Assembly (NCBI GenBank): GCA_016748015.1
Contig: JAAOMT010000226.1
Location: 1,222,604 to 1,286,603 of the forward strand
From: Geosiphon pyriformis uo1
Taxonomy: Eukaryota > Fungi > Glomeromycota
DNA length: 64,000 nt
Reading direction: 5' to 3'
The stretch's first letter is position 1. Every line of letters starts with the position of its first letter. Both the position numbers and the translations under genes were made by a program. Below the pieces are notes generated by a model. It made no database searches. It was given only the letters and a program-made list of their open reading frames with translations, and had not been told where the DNA came from. Shown one piece after another: positions 11,058-22,366 of this stretch.

Positions 11058-14000
11058 TTATGTGTGTCTCATTCTTGACAAACAGTCGGCATTAGCATTT
11101 TTGGTACTTTCTTTGTATTTGATAATATAATCGTATGGTGCTAACGTTTGTGACCATTTAGCATATTTTCTTTTTAGCGCTTTCTTGTTATTTAACCAGA
11201 CCAGACCTCTATAATCTGTTGTAATCTCAAAGGGTTGGTACCATAAATATGTGTCAAAGTGAACACAACTCCAGACTACTGCTAAGCATTCAAGTTCATG
11301 TGCTGCATAGTTTTGTTCTGCCGTACTGAGACTTCTGCTGGCATAAGCAATTACACGTTCTCTTCCATTATTATCTTTTTGTGACAGAATGGCTCCAAGT
11401 CCAGTTCCAGAGGCATCTGTGGCCAAAATGAATTTTTTGTTGAAATTCGGATAGATCATTATTGGTGATTCAATGAGCTTTTGTCTAAGGTACTCAAAAG
11501 CTTTTTGTTGTGCTTCAGTCCATTCAAACTTCACATTTTTAGATAGTAGGTAATTAAGGGGTTTGGCGATGTTTGAAAAGTTTTCTACAAAGTGGCGGTA
11601 GTAAAATGCGAGTCCTAAAAAGCTTCTAACTTCTGAAACGTTTCGAGGTACTGGAAAATTTTTCACTTTGTCTATTTTTGATGGATCTGGTTTTATTCCA
11701 TCTTTTTTAACTATGTGTCCTAAAAATGCTAGCTCATTTTTCCCAAAAAAACATTTTTCTAGATTTAGTTTAAGTCCAGCGTGTCTCAATCTCTCAAAAA
11801 CTTGTTGTAAATGTTGGAGATGATCCGTGAATTTTGACGAGAAAACATTTGTATCATCCAAGTAGACAACAACGGATTGCCACAGGATTCTGGAGTAAAT
11901 TACATCCATTAGTTTTTGGAATGTCGTGGGAGCATTTGTTAATCCAAATGGCATTACATTGAACTCATAATTGTCATTTTGTGTTGTAAATGCTGTTTTA
12001 TGCCTGTCCTTTGGGTCCATTTCCATTTCTTGAAAATATATCAGAGTATTTTAAAATTAATGCTTTTAATTGTCACTGTTGGTCAGGATCCATTGTTCCA
12101 ATGTTTAATTTGGCCAATTCTTCTGGTGTAAATTGATAGCATTCTACCAGTTGTTGCCAATTTATTGAAGTGAGTTCACAGTAGAGGACAATTTCTGGGA
12201 AATTTAGAATTTCTTGTGGTATTGACGCATTTTCTAGCTCCGTTCCGAGGTATCCAATGATGGTATCTTCCAGAATGTAGATGGATTCTTCTGTGGTGTT
12301 TGCGATAGAAATTTTTATCCATTGAGCTTTATCAGCTGGAATAAAAAGGTTAGTAAGTCCTATGAGAAACTGTTGGCAAGTTTCTGGGTAGGGCTCAAAT
12401 ATTAGGTCTTTTTCTTTAATTGTCCTTTTTATTCTTATTTCTGATTTTCCATATGGTAGGAGCGTGATGGACTGCTCATTTTTAATTACTTCGCCTTTTT
12501 CCTCTATTGTTTCAGTGAAATTCGCTTCAATTCCTTTTCCTGTCGATCCAAAACCAAAAGTTCCTCTCGTTGTTTGTAACAATTCCTCACGATTTTCCAC
12601 TGGCACAAATTTCCCAATTTTTACCAATGATAGAAAAATTGCTTGTGCAATCTTTTTCTTAGATTTAATGATATAAGGCTTTTCTGAATTGTTCTGTAGC
12701 AAAACCATCAAATTTCTAGTGTATCCAGAGTCAATTACTCCTCCTTGAACGCTTATTCCTTTTTTCGCGAGGCTTGATCGTGACACCATTTGAACCATTA
12801 TTCCTGGCGGAATTTCAACTGCTATTTTTAGGTCAATTTTGGTGATGCTCCTGGGTGGTAACGTTGTGGATTGGTCTTCCGGATAACATAAATCGAATCC
12901 GGCGTCAGTTGGATGGGCTCTTTCAGGTATTATTCCTAAGTGTCTGTTGTCAAAGTATCGGATGTCAGTCACCTGTTCTAGGTCGGTATAGGCTACAAAT
13001 TTTTCTGACTCGGGACTGTCAGGTGAGTTTTGTTGATTTATTGATTGATTTTGAGATTGCTGATTCTCAATTTCCATTTTTCTTTCTAAGTTTCTTTCGT
13101 CTTGACACTCTTCATAGCACTGATTTTGGCACAGGATGAGACAGTTTTCGCAGAGGTAAGTGTTGATTTAGGCGAGGTATTGTTCTTGCTCTTGTCGAGT
13201 GGGGCATAGTTGTTGGTAGTAGTCCTGAAATTTGTCCACTGGGTCGAACATGTTGTAGCTGGCGACTTCGTTGGCTACTTCAGCTGACTCTTTCCAACGT
13301 CGTATTTCTTCGGTGGTTCCTCCTCTTACTTTGGCTTGTGCGGTGTTGTACAACTTGTCCTCGTCGTGTGGGTAGTGCTGTAGTCTTTTTAACGCTCTGT
13401 TGAATGCTGCTTCGAATGGTGTTCCTCCTCTTATCCAGTCACAGATGAGGATCATGTATTGGCAAGTTGCATCACACGTTCCTCCTCTGCCTGGTAAGTT
13501 GTTCCAGTCGCACCCTCTTGGTAACGGTTCTCCACAAGCGAAGCACGGTTCCTCGTCCCATTTTCCGTGTCTTTCTGGGTAACCGTATTTTTCTTTGTTA
13601 CAATGGTTACAATAGTAGTGGGTGGAGTTTCTTGGGTCTTCGTCTGGTGCGCTGCACGCAGTCATAGACGAGAGTTTTTTCTTGCAAACTGAGCATTTTA
13701 GCTTTGGTCTGTGTCGCTGGTGGTTTCTTCGTGAACTTACCTGGTTCCATTTGGATTTTTCTTTGCTGGTCCATGTTGGTACGGCTGGTAGTCCTGTTCT
13801 TTGGTCATCAGCCCAAGAGAGCTGATAGGTTTCGATGGCTGGTAGTGCTGGATTTTCTTCAAATTCGAAGGTAGGTCTTTGGTTGGTGCTGGGTTTTTGG
13901 AAGTGGCCACAGGTGGCTGGAATTTTGGCCTGGTGGCCATTATAATTGATCAGAAGCTCTTGGGTGGTCCAGTCTAGGGTGGTGTTGGCTTTTGTTAGCC

Positions 14001-16897
14001 AGTCATTTCCTACTAATGCTTGATATTGTGTAGCGTCCATTACTAATACTTTTGTAGGTATTACTATGCTGTTAATTTTGAAAGGGAATGAGTCGATTTT
14101 GCCATGAGACAGCTTTGTACTTCCATTGGCTGTTATGATTTGGGACGTTACGGCACGATCAACTTTAAAACCCAGTTGGTTTACTAGTTGAAGCGTTACG
14201 ATGCTTCCAGTGGATCTGCTGTCTAAGATAAGTTTGATTGGGGTATTGTTTACAGTGGCTTCCGTATACATAGCAGTGATTGGGCGTTTTTTGTCCAATG
14301 CTGCTCCACTGAACATAGCCTCGTTTTCCTCTAATTCAAAAGGAAAAATAGCTGCAAGGCTGCTATCTTCGATGGCAACTGTTGGTGGTATTGTCTGGCT
14401 CAATTTGGAGGAATTCTTGGTTCTGTTTATGTTTCTACTGTCATTGTTTCTGATGATCAGGTTTTCCAGTATATTAAGGTAAGTTTGTTGATAATTTTGG
14501 TAGTTTGGATTGGTTTGCTGATTGGTTCCGGTGCAGTTTGGATTCCTCTGGACCAACGCGTTCTGGTTCCATATGGGCTGATTTCGGGCCTTGGGACGCC
14601 AATTCGGGTTGGCTATCATGGGCTGTTGCTGGTAAGCTCCTTGATTTTGATATGTGGTGGAATATTGGCATGGTATTGGTGTGTACTGGTTTCTGGGCAT
14701 TTGGAGTGGTGCGTAGTAATTATTTTCGCGTGCTTCCTGCATCATTTGCATTTGACATTGACTAATCAAATGTCCTACGCATTTGCAAAAATGGCAGGCA
14801 TGTGTTTCTGTTCTGAATTCCTGGCGCGACAAGTGATTATTTTAACTGTTGCTGACTTCCTGGCTGCATTTTTGGGGTGGTTGGTATGTATTTTTTCTCG
14901 GATCCGGGATGAAGTAACTTTCTATTTCTTAGAGAGTTCCTCCCCTAATCGCATTACTCTTTTCTCTAATGTTTCTGTCTTATTTTCCTCTATTATCATG
15001 TTAACCATTTGACTATGGTTAGCTTCTTTCTCAGCCGATTCAAGAGCTCTGGTGAGCGTAACGGCTTCTGGTAAGGAATTAGGGTGGGCAGAGCGTACTC
15101 TTCCTAAAATGCTGCTTTTTAATCCTCTAATAAACTGATTTAAAACCTGAGGATCAGTGTAGTATCCTTGTTCAATTGCTTCAATCTAACGGCAAATTTG
15201 ATTGAATCGAGCAAGGTATTGGGTAACAGTTTCACTGGTATTTTGCTTGATAGTATTGAATTCATTCTGTAGTTGGATTACAGCGTTTGGGTCACTAAAA
15301 TACTTCAGGAGTGCATTTTTAAATTTGGCGAAGCTTGTGGATTTTGTTTTCAGGCTTTGATACCACGAGTCGGCTGTGCCTTTCAGGAAGAAAGGTAATG
15401 TTTGAATTGCTCTTTGGTTGTTCCAGTTATTTGCCTGGATGGCTTTTTGTGCTTCTCTGAGCCATGTGTGCACGTCCGTTTCTTCTTCCTCTCCTAAGAA
15501 ATCTGTTAGTCTTGCAATGTATGGTGTGGTTATTTTGTTGCCATTTTCTGCTGGTGGGTTTATTGGTCTAAGAGGAGGTGAGATGATATTTCCTTGAGCG
15601 TTCCTAAAGGTGGCTTCCCTTATATCCGGTTCTTCCTCTTGATCACNNNNNNNNNNNNNNNNNNNNNNNNNNNNNNNNNNNNNNNNNNNNNNNNNNNNNN
15701 NNNNNNNNNNNNNNNNNNNNNNNNNNNNNNNNNNNNNNNNNNNNNNNNNNNNNNNNNNNNNNNNNNNNNNNNNNNNNNNNNNNNNNNNNNNNNNNNNNNN
15801 NNNNNNNNNNNNNNNNNNNNNNNNNNNNNNNNNNNNNNNNNNNNNNNNNNNNNNNNNNNNNNGCCTTTCAGGAAGAAAGGTAATGTTTGAATTGCTCTTT
15901 GGTTGTTCCAGTTATTTGCCTGGATGGCTTTTTGTGCTTCTCTGAGCCATGTGTGCACGTCCGTTTCTTCTTCCTCTCCTAAGAAATCTGTTAGTCTTGC
16001 AATGTATGGTGTGGTTATTTTGTTGCCATTTTCTGCTGGTGGGTTTATTGGTCTAAGAGGAGGTGAGATGATATTTCCTTGAGCGTTCCTAAAGGTGGCT
16101 TCCCTTATATCCGGTTCTTCCTCTTGATCACGAGTTTTTTGGTTTCTGGACTGGCTGCTTGTTCCAGTGACTGGTTTTGTAATTGTTTTTTTACTGGTCT
16201 CTTTTTCGGATTCCGATTCAGACTCCTCTTCATGGTTTTCAAACCCCATTCTAAATTTTGGCTGAAAAAGAGGGTTTTGGAATAGTGATGAATATCCTCC
16301 TGTAATTGGTATGTCTCCCCAGTTACATTGTTTAATTTTATCAATATAACTAGGAGTTCTTGGCGTTTGTGGAGTTGATGTTGATGATGATGCAGCTCCT
16401 AATGAAATTTGTATCTTATTTTCTGATGAAAAATGGTATAATTTATCTTCTGGTGAATAAATACGTTGTTTCTTTATTGATTGAGTGACAGTTTTCTTTG
16501 GTGTTTGAGCTGGTGTTCCTAGTTTTTGCTGGTTACTTTCCTGATTAGTTTTTAAATTTTCTTTGGTTTTGTTGGTGCATTCCCTAGTGTTTCCTGTGGA
16601 TATTGGAAAATTTTCGTTGATGTATTGCTCAATTTTTCAATAGATTTTGACAATAGTTGTGGCTATTACTGCTATTTCTTTTGTAGTGTATTGTGATAAT
16701 TCTCTATACAATCCAAGTTTTGCGTCATGTGGTTCTTCTTCCTTTCCTATATGATAATTTATTCTGGCATTGATATAATAAGTGAGGGCAGATTCTGCTG
16801 GACAACATCCTTCTGGTAATCCAAGATCACTTTGATTTTGTGTGTAAATAGCATGGCAGAATTCAAGAACAGTAAGATTAGGAGTTTTTGTCGCCAC
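11058..16897 (-). pseudogene. Family A gag-PR-Cys-rich-dUTPase-RT-RNaseH polyprotein, disrupted
   Basis: Gag (WLREAQKAIQANNW..FFLKGTADSWY; knuckle CHFCKCVGHLISQC), protease LILDSRSTGSIV, RT (KTAFTT..MPFGLTNAPTTFQ..YLDD), RNase H (LATDASG..ELECLAVVW..NANADCLSR). Disrupted by CAA/CAG/CGA-derived stops, a 1-nt frameshift near 14927 and a deletion near 12030. Confidence 0.9.
12538..12963 (-). pseudogene. Trimeric dUTPase domain within the family A polyprotein
   Basis: All five motifs: DAGFDL, SRSSLAKKG, GGVIDSGYT, KIAQAIF, RGTFGFGSTG. Confidence 0.92.
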
Positions 16898-16960
16898 TTT
16901 TGTCTTTTCCTTTTTAGCAATGAATTATTGCTAATTATTATTTTCTTTTTGATTTTCTTT

Positions 16961-16977
16961 CCTCGTAGGGTTCACCA
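16961..16977 (-). promoter_or_regulatory. Primer-binding site TGGTGAACCCTACGAGG (tRNA-Trp-like 3' end, tentative)
   Basis: Starts 2 nt after the LTR terminus. Its complement ends GGGUUCACCA, as in plant-type tRNA-Trp (from memory; primer identity not verified). Confidence 0.7.
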
Positions 16978-16979
16978 AA

Positions 16980-17784
16980 TGTTACGGGATGGTTTTCTTG
17001 TTATATTTAATTGCTGATATCTTGTTTTAATTGCAATCAGTCTTCCGTGAGTTCCTCAATTCTATTTGTGTGATAATGTCACTGTTACACTGAAGGCTTT
17101 CTTTTTACTGTTGCGATATAAGTTATTCTTTAATTCTTGATTGTTGTGTGTGTTTATGTACTCCTTCTCAGAGGCTGAACTGAAATCTACCCACTGTCTG
17201 GGGTTTTCTCTGAGGCTATCCTTGCAATTGCCTGATGTGTTTCTCTAATCTAGAAACACAGAATGTTAATGGTCTTTAGCGCTTTTCTAATTCTCACAAT
17301 AAAGCTTTTATCAATTAGTAACAATGTGAATAATCTTGATCAAGGATTATTCTTCCAAGGGATTCANNNNNNNNNNNNNNNNNNNNTTTTTTTTCATTTC
17401 TTTTTGATTTTTAAAGGTTTCTTGGGATATTTAATTTGAAAATATGATTTAAAGTGGAGTTTGTTGGATAAAATTGGATCTGTTGCTTGATAAGTTATGA
17501 TTTTTATTACTTGATTGATTATTTCCCAATATTAAAACTACTGTATATATACATGTTTGTAGTTCTATGAGAAAATACTTTCTTTTTGATATTTCAACCT
17601 GGTATTTGCTGCTATCACCAGTTGGTGTTGACTGCTATTGTGAACTGGTGCTTGCCACTATCATGAGATGGTATTTGCTACTATGTTAATCATTACCTTT
17701 CTAAGATTATTACTGTGCTATATTATGATTGAATAGTTTGTATTATTTTTATGATTCTTTTTGCTAAATTCTTAAACCGTAACA
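16980..17784 (-). repeat. Family A 5' LTR
   Basis: TGTTACGG...CCGTAACA, adjacent to the PBS; contains an N-gap. Confidence 0.9.
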
Positions 17785-19499
17785 ACACTGACAATTAAGA
17801 GTCTTCCACCAAATATGGCACTTTTTAAGTGTACTAGTTTTGGCAACAGCAAGGTCTAAATCAGCTTGGGAGCCAAATGTAACTAGAGCAAAGCAGAGAC
17901 AACAACCAGAATCAAGAGACTGAGGAATGAAACAAGACTGGCCACCAACCTGAAAAATCATATTACTAATTTCAAAGACAGTACAGCCAAGAGGAAGGTT
18001 GACCAACTTGGCTTTAAATTTATCACAAGACAAAATAGTCTCATTTTGATTTACCAAGGGAAGAATTTTAACACTATCCCTGCCCACCAATACTGACCAA
18101 TGATTCAAAGCAGACATGGCAGAATCCAACTTTTCAAAATGAACCACTACATATTGCCAAATGCTAGCAGACTTCAGCACAACACAAGTAACCATACCAA
18201 AAACACTAAGAGCTGTCTTAATATCAGCAGCAGACACACCCAAAGGCACATCATGCAGCACAACAGCAGCAGAAGGGGATTCAAACTCAGAAACCACCAA
18301 AGACTTGGCAATTTTAAAAGTGACAAGACGAACAGAGCTTGTAAGTTCAACTAAAAATGCAACATCTAAAGAGATTTGAGAAGCAAATTCCACACAAAAA
18401 AGCTTCATATTGTCTTTTGAAACAGACTTAGCACCCAAAAAACCATGTACAAACTGAAAAACAGTCTTAATATGAGCCAATTTAATTTTAAAAGTAGCAC
18501 CAAGCACTAAAATGGAGGCCACCTATTTAGCAAACTTTTGACGACTAGTAATAGTTTCTCAAGCATCACCAGAAGTAGCACCAGAAACTAGAGAAGGAGA
18601 TGATTCAGTTTCCATTTGATTAGCCCAGTTCTCAAGAACAGATGAACCAACAGGAAGAGATTGTTTTCCATCTAAAACTGGTAATGATCTGCCAGAAGAC
18701 ACCATATTTGGCAATACAGCCAGTGGTTGATTTAAGCCCATCTTGGATAATGTACCAGATAATATTATGAAGATCTTATCTAAGATCTCATTGGGAACCA
18801 CAAAGGGGTTTGGTGTAAAAATAGCAGAGACAAGCAACTGCCCCCACTTTTCTGAACTTTTGGTCTTTTTGATCATTTTTTTGAAGAGATAGTGCTAGAA
18901 GCATCAGGTGTTAAATTTATAGAAAGAAAGACCAGCTTATTTACTAGTCTATTATTAAAAACTTTTGGGCTCTTAGTCGAGGTGGAGGCAACACTGGAAC
19001 TAATCCAGGTGTGTCTCTTTGAGGGAACTTTGACTGATGAGAAACCAGCCAAAGATGAGGAAATTGCTTCAGTGGCTACCAAAGACAGCTTATTACAATT
19101 ACTGGGTAGAGAAAAGACTTCTAAAATGTTCTGCCTAGTTGTTTCTACAATAGAGAAAGCTTCTCTGGTTGAAATTTTATTAGATATCTCAGGACAGATA
19201 TCAGATGCAGCTTTTTTACTCTTTGTTCTGATCATGGTTATAAAATTAAAGAGACAAAGAGTTTTTTTATTTTATTATATTTATTAAAAATATTAATATT
19301 TGAATTATTTAGATTATTAAATTCTATTATTTTAGATTTTAAACTTTTAATAATATTAAACAATAAATTTATTTTGATAAGTTAAAGAGTAAAGTTGTTA
19401 TATATACATAGTTTTATATTTTTTTTAACTAATTATAGTAATTAAACAAAGTAATAATTAATAAATAAATAATAAAAAATATATATTTTTTTAATTCTA

Positions 19500-19680
19500 T
19501 TAAACTCAAATAAGTTTGTGAATTTTAAACTAAATTTAGACTTATTAAAAAAATTTAACTTTAAACTTAAATCAAATTTACTTTTAAAAATTTAATTTAT
19601 TTTAGATTTAGTATATAATTTAAACCAAACTTAAACAATATTTAAAATTTGGTTTGATTTGGTTTATTAAATTTTTAATA
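19500..19680. repeat. Decayed AAACC(G/A)AAC-rich repeat resembling hAT/MITE subterminal sequence
   Basis: AAACCAAACTTAAAC / GGTTTGATTTGGTTT motifs similar to 48242-48420; no TIR or TSD resolved. Confidence 0.35.
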
Positions 19681-19689
19681 TAACAACAG

Positions 19690-20500
19690 ATTTAATTAAA
19701 GCAGCCAAATTAAAAATTTAAGATTTTAAAAAATTTAATTTAGACTTAATTATAAAACCAATAATAAAAACAACCAAAGAAATAACAAAAAAAAAAATAA
19801 AAAAAAGCCTTAATATATAACTTAAAATTATTAATAAGCTTAAAAAAAACTTAAAAATAAAAAATAAAAAATTTTACAATTTAAAACTAAATAATTTAAA
19901 CTTTAATATTTATAATAATATCAATATTTAAGAGTTTTTTACTAAATATAACACTTATAAAAATACCAATTTTTAAAATAACAAGATTTAAAATCTTTAA
20001 AAAATTAAATATTATAATAGCAAAATATTAATAATAATAAAAATAAATTAAAAAAATTTTATTCAAGATCTTATTTAAAATTATAAAAAAATTTAATATA
20101 ATAATAATAAATATAAATAATTATTGCTGTTTTTTAAAATTTTTGGTTTTTTTGGTTATTTGTAAAATAATAATAATAATAATAGTAATAAAAATAAAAA
20201 AGGTTAATTTATTAACTGACTTATTATTAAAAACTTTAAGACTTTTAAAAAAGATAAAAATAATACTAAAATTAATCTTAATATATTTTTTAAAAAAAAC
20301 TTTAACTGAAAAAAAACCATTAATTAAAAATAAAAAAATGTTTTAAAAACTGCTTTTAATACCTTATTACTATAATAAAAAAATTTTGTTTTATTAAAAC
20401 TTTATTAGTTATTATAAAAAAAATAATGTTTAAAACTTTTTATTCTTGTTTAAAAATTAAACTAATTAAATAAAAATTAAATTTTGTGTTGTTTTTAATA
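19690..20500 (-). mobile_element. Hyper-decayed copy of the 5' part of the ORF1-only element
   Basis: 20233-20318 aligns ungapped to 18961-19046, differing mostly by G->A/C->T. Boundaries approximate. Confidence 0.7.
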
Positions 20501-20599
20501 ATCTTATTAATTTTAATAATATTTAAAAAACTTTTACAAATTATTAAAAATTTTCTAAATAGATAATTTTTATTTTAGTATTTAATAAAATTAAAATTA

Positions 20600-21935
20600 T
20601 ATTTTAGTTTTACATAGTTTTTTGAATTAAAATTAACTTTTAAAGACAATTTTAGACTTTTTTATATAAAGTTTATATTTTAAATTTTTTTAAATACTGC
20701 TATTTAAGTTAAATTTGCTAATTTATTTATTTTATTTTTAAGATTATAAAATTTTCTGTAAGTTTTATATTTGGTTTTGTTTTTATTATTATAATTTTTT
20801 GTAATGTTTTTTTAAGTTATTATTAATAATATTAAAAATACTTTTAATATTTTTAATAAAGTTTTAAATATTAAATTAAAATTTATTAAAATTTAATAAT
20901 ATATTATTGTTTATTTTAAATATTATAAAATAGTTATAATTATTTTTGTTTATTAATTAGTATTAATTAAAAAAAATAATATTAAATTTTTTTTTGCTTA
21001 ATTAAAAAAATTATTATTTTATATAATATTTTTAAAATCAAAATTAATTAATTTTTTTAACTATATATATCTTTAAAATTAAAAAATTGGGGCTTTAAAT
21101 TTATAATCATTTTTGTTTTAATTTTTAATTTTTAATTTTTTTTAACAATTTAAATATGCAATTATTACTTTTAGTTTTTAAGCTAATTTAAATACTATTA
21201 TATATAAAATTAATATATTAAAAAAGTATTATATTTAATGAAAAAACTTTTAAATATTAGTATTGTTTTAAGTATATATTTTTTAAAGTCTTTGTTTAAA
21301 TTTGTAATTGGTCTTAAAAATTTAAAAAATTATTATTTTTTTGTTATTGTTATAATTATTAATTTGTAATTAATTTTAAATTAACTTTTTTAAAATTTAA
21401 ATTAATTAAGTTGGTTTATTAATTAGATTTATTGTTAAATTTATTGGTATTTTAGTTTTTTTGGTTATAAAATTAATTAGTGTTTTTTTTTATATTAAAA
21501 TTAAAAAAAAATTGGAAATCAAAATAAATATTGGTATTTTTAATAAAATTGTTAATAAATTAAACAAAAAAATAGTTAGTTTTAAGACAAAATATAATAT
21601 AAATAATAATAATAATATGTTTAATAAATACTCAAATTTTTTAAGTAAAAAAACTTTTATAAAATTTATAATGTTTTAAAAAATTTAAATTCTTAATATT
21701 AAATTCAATACAAAAATTGTTGTATAATTAACTAATTTGATTTTTAAGAAAAATACTTTTGTTATAATTTTACATAAAATATTTGCAATAAGTAAGTTCA
21801 CTTTTGTAGTTTTAATATAGATTAATTTAAATTGGACTTGTGTTTGATTAAATATAAAAAATACATAAATTATGTTTAATTTAGAACATTTTATGATTAT
21901 ATTGTATTAAATAGTTAAATAATAAAAAATAATAA
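20600..21935 (+). mobile_element. Second, hyper-decayed ORF1-only element
   Basis: 21410-21480 matches the ORF1 coiled-coil region (reverse complement of 7030-7100). A LINE-type 3' tail follows at ~21845-21935 with similar spacing to the 6533-7340 copy. Confidence 0.55.
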
Positions 21936-22098
21936 AATTATTTGTATTTTTATAATAAAATTACATATATTAGTTTTTTACATCTTTTTAAAAATTATTA
22001 GAATTAATTTAATATTTGTATTAAATTAGAATAATTAATCGTGCATTACTCAGGTAAAGTTTTCAATTTATAAGTTAATTTAGTCACAACTGATAAAA

Positions 22099-22185
22099 GC
22101 CCGGCTGGCGTAATCGGATAACGCACCAGACTTCTATGTTACTGACGATATCTGGGGATTGCGGGTTCGAGTCCCGCGTCGGGTA
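22099..22185 (+). tRNA. tRNA-Arg(UCU) with 13-nt intron (22137-22149)
   Basis: Acceptor stem GCCCGGC/GTCGGGT plus discriminator A; A-box TGGCGTAATCGG; anticodon arm CCAGA-CT-TCT-A-[intron]-A-TCTGG; T-arm GCGGG-TTCGAGT-CCCGC; T-runs downstream. Confidence 0.95.
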
Positions 22186-22366
22186 CAATTGAGAGATTTT
22201 AGAAGTTTTATTTTGAGTATCTTAAAAAGTTGACAAAACTGGCATCACCATTTTTAAGTTACTCAACGTAATACAATATAAATTCAATTCAAAAACACCC
22301 TCGTTTTTAAAGGTCGCGTTTAACACGTAAATATTACAAATATTTCAAACAACTTCTTGTATCGTA

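Larger units (their letters stand above)
7341..17784 (-). mobile_element. Ty3/Gypsy LTR retrotransposon family A, dUTPase-encoding, near full length
   Basis: Two near-identical LTRs with 8-bp terminal inverted repeat TGTTACGG/CCGTAACA; 4-bp TSD ACGC (7337-7340)/ACAC (17785-17788); PBS, PPT and Gypsy order PR-RT-RH-IN. Confidence 0.95.
6665..19235 (-). pseudogene. LINE ORF1p (tandem RRM-like domains, CCHC knuckle, coiled coil), interrupted at the knuckle by Gypsy A
   Basis: Removing 7341-17784 and one TSD copy restores in-frame WWKTLNCQRCFWCQKTGYLAIDCK (CxxCxxxG[H>Y]xxxxC). RRM-like segments VVLHDVPLGVSAADIKTALSVFG and AKLVNLPLGCT. Coiled coil SRLDSLEKQILDLAALV. Confidence 0.8.
6533..19290 (-). 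mobile_element. ORF1-only (HAL1-like) LINE derivative, split by Gypsy A
   Basis: ORF1 runs 19235->17785 and 7340->6665; its stop is followed directly by the LINE-type 3' tail (6664-6533). No ORF2. The 5' boundary is approximate. Confidence 0.75.

Noticed and set aside
12464-15012. Plus-strand ORFs antisense to gag-pol, and other short ORFs in AT-rich DNA
   Set aside because: Shadow frames or low-complexity I/K/N/F/L translations of decayed repeats, with no motifs or cross-family conservation.
15376-16131. Direct repeat of a gag segment flanking a long N-run
   Set aside because: Identical sequence on both sides of the gap indicates a scaffolding overlap.
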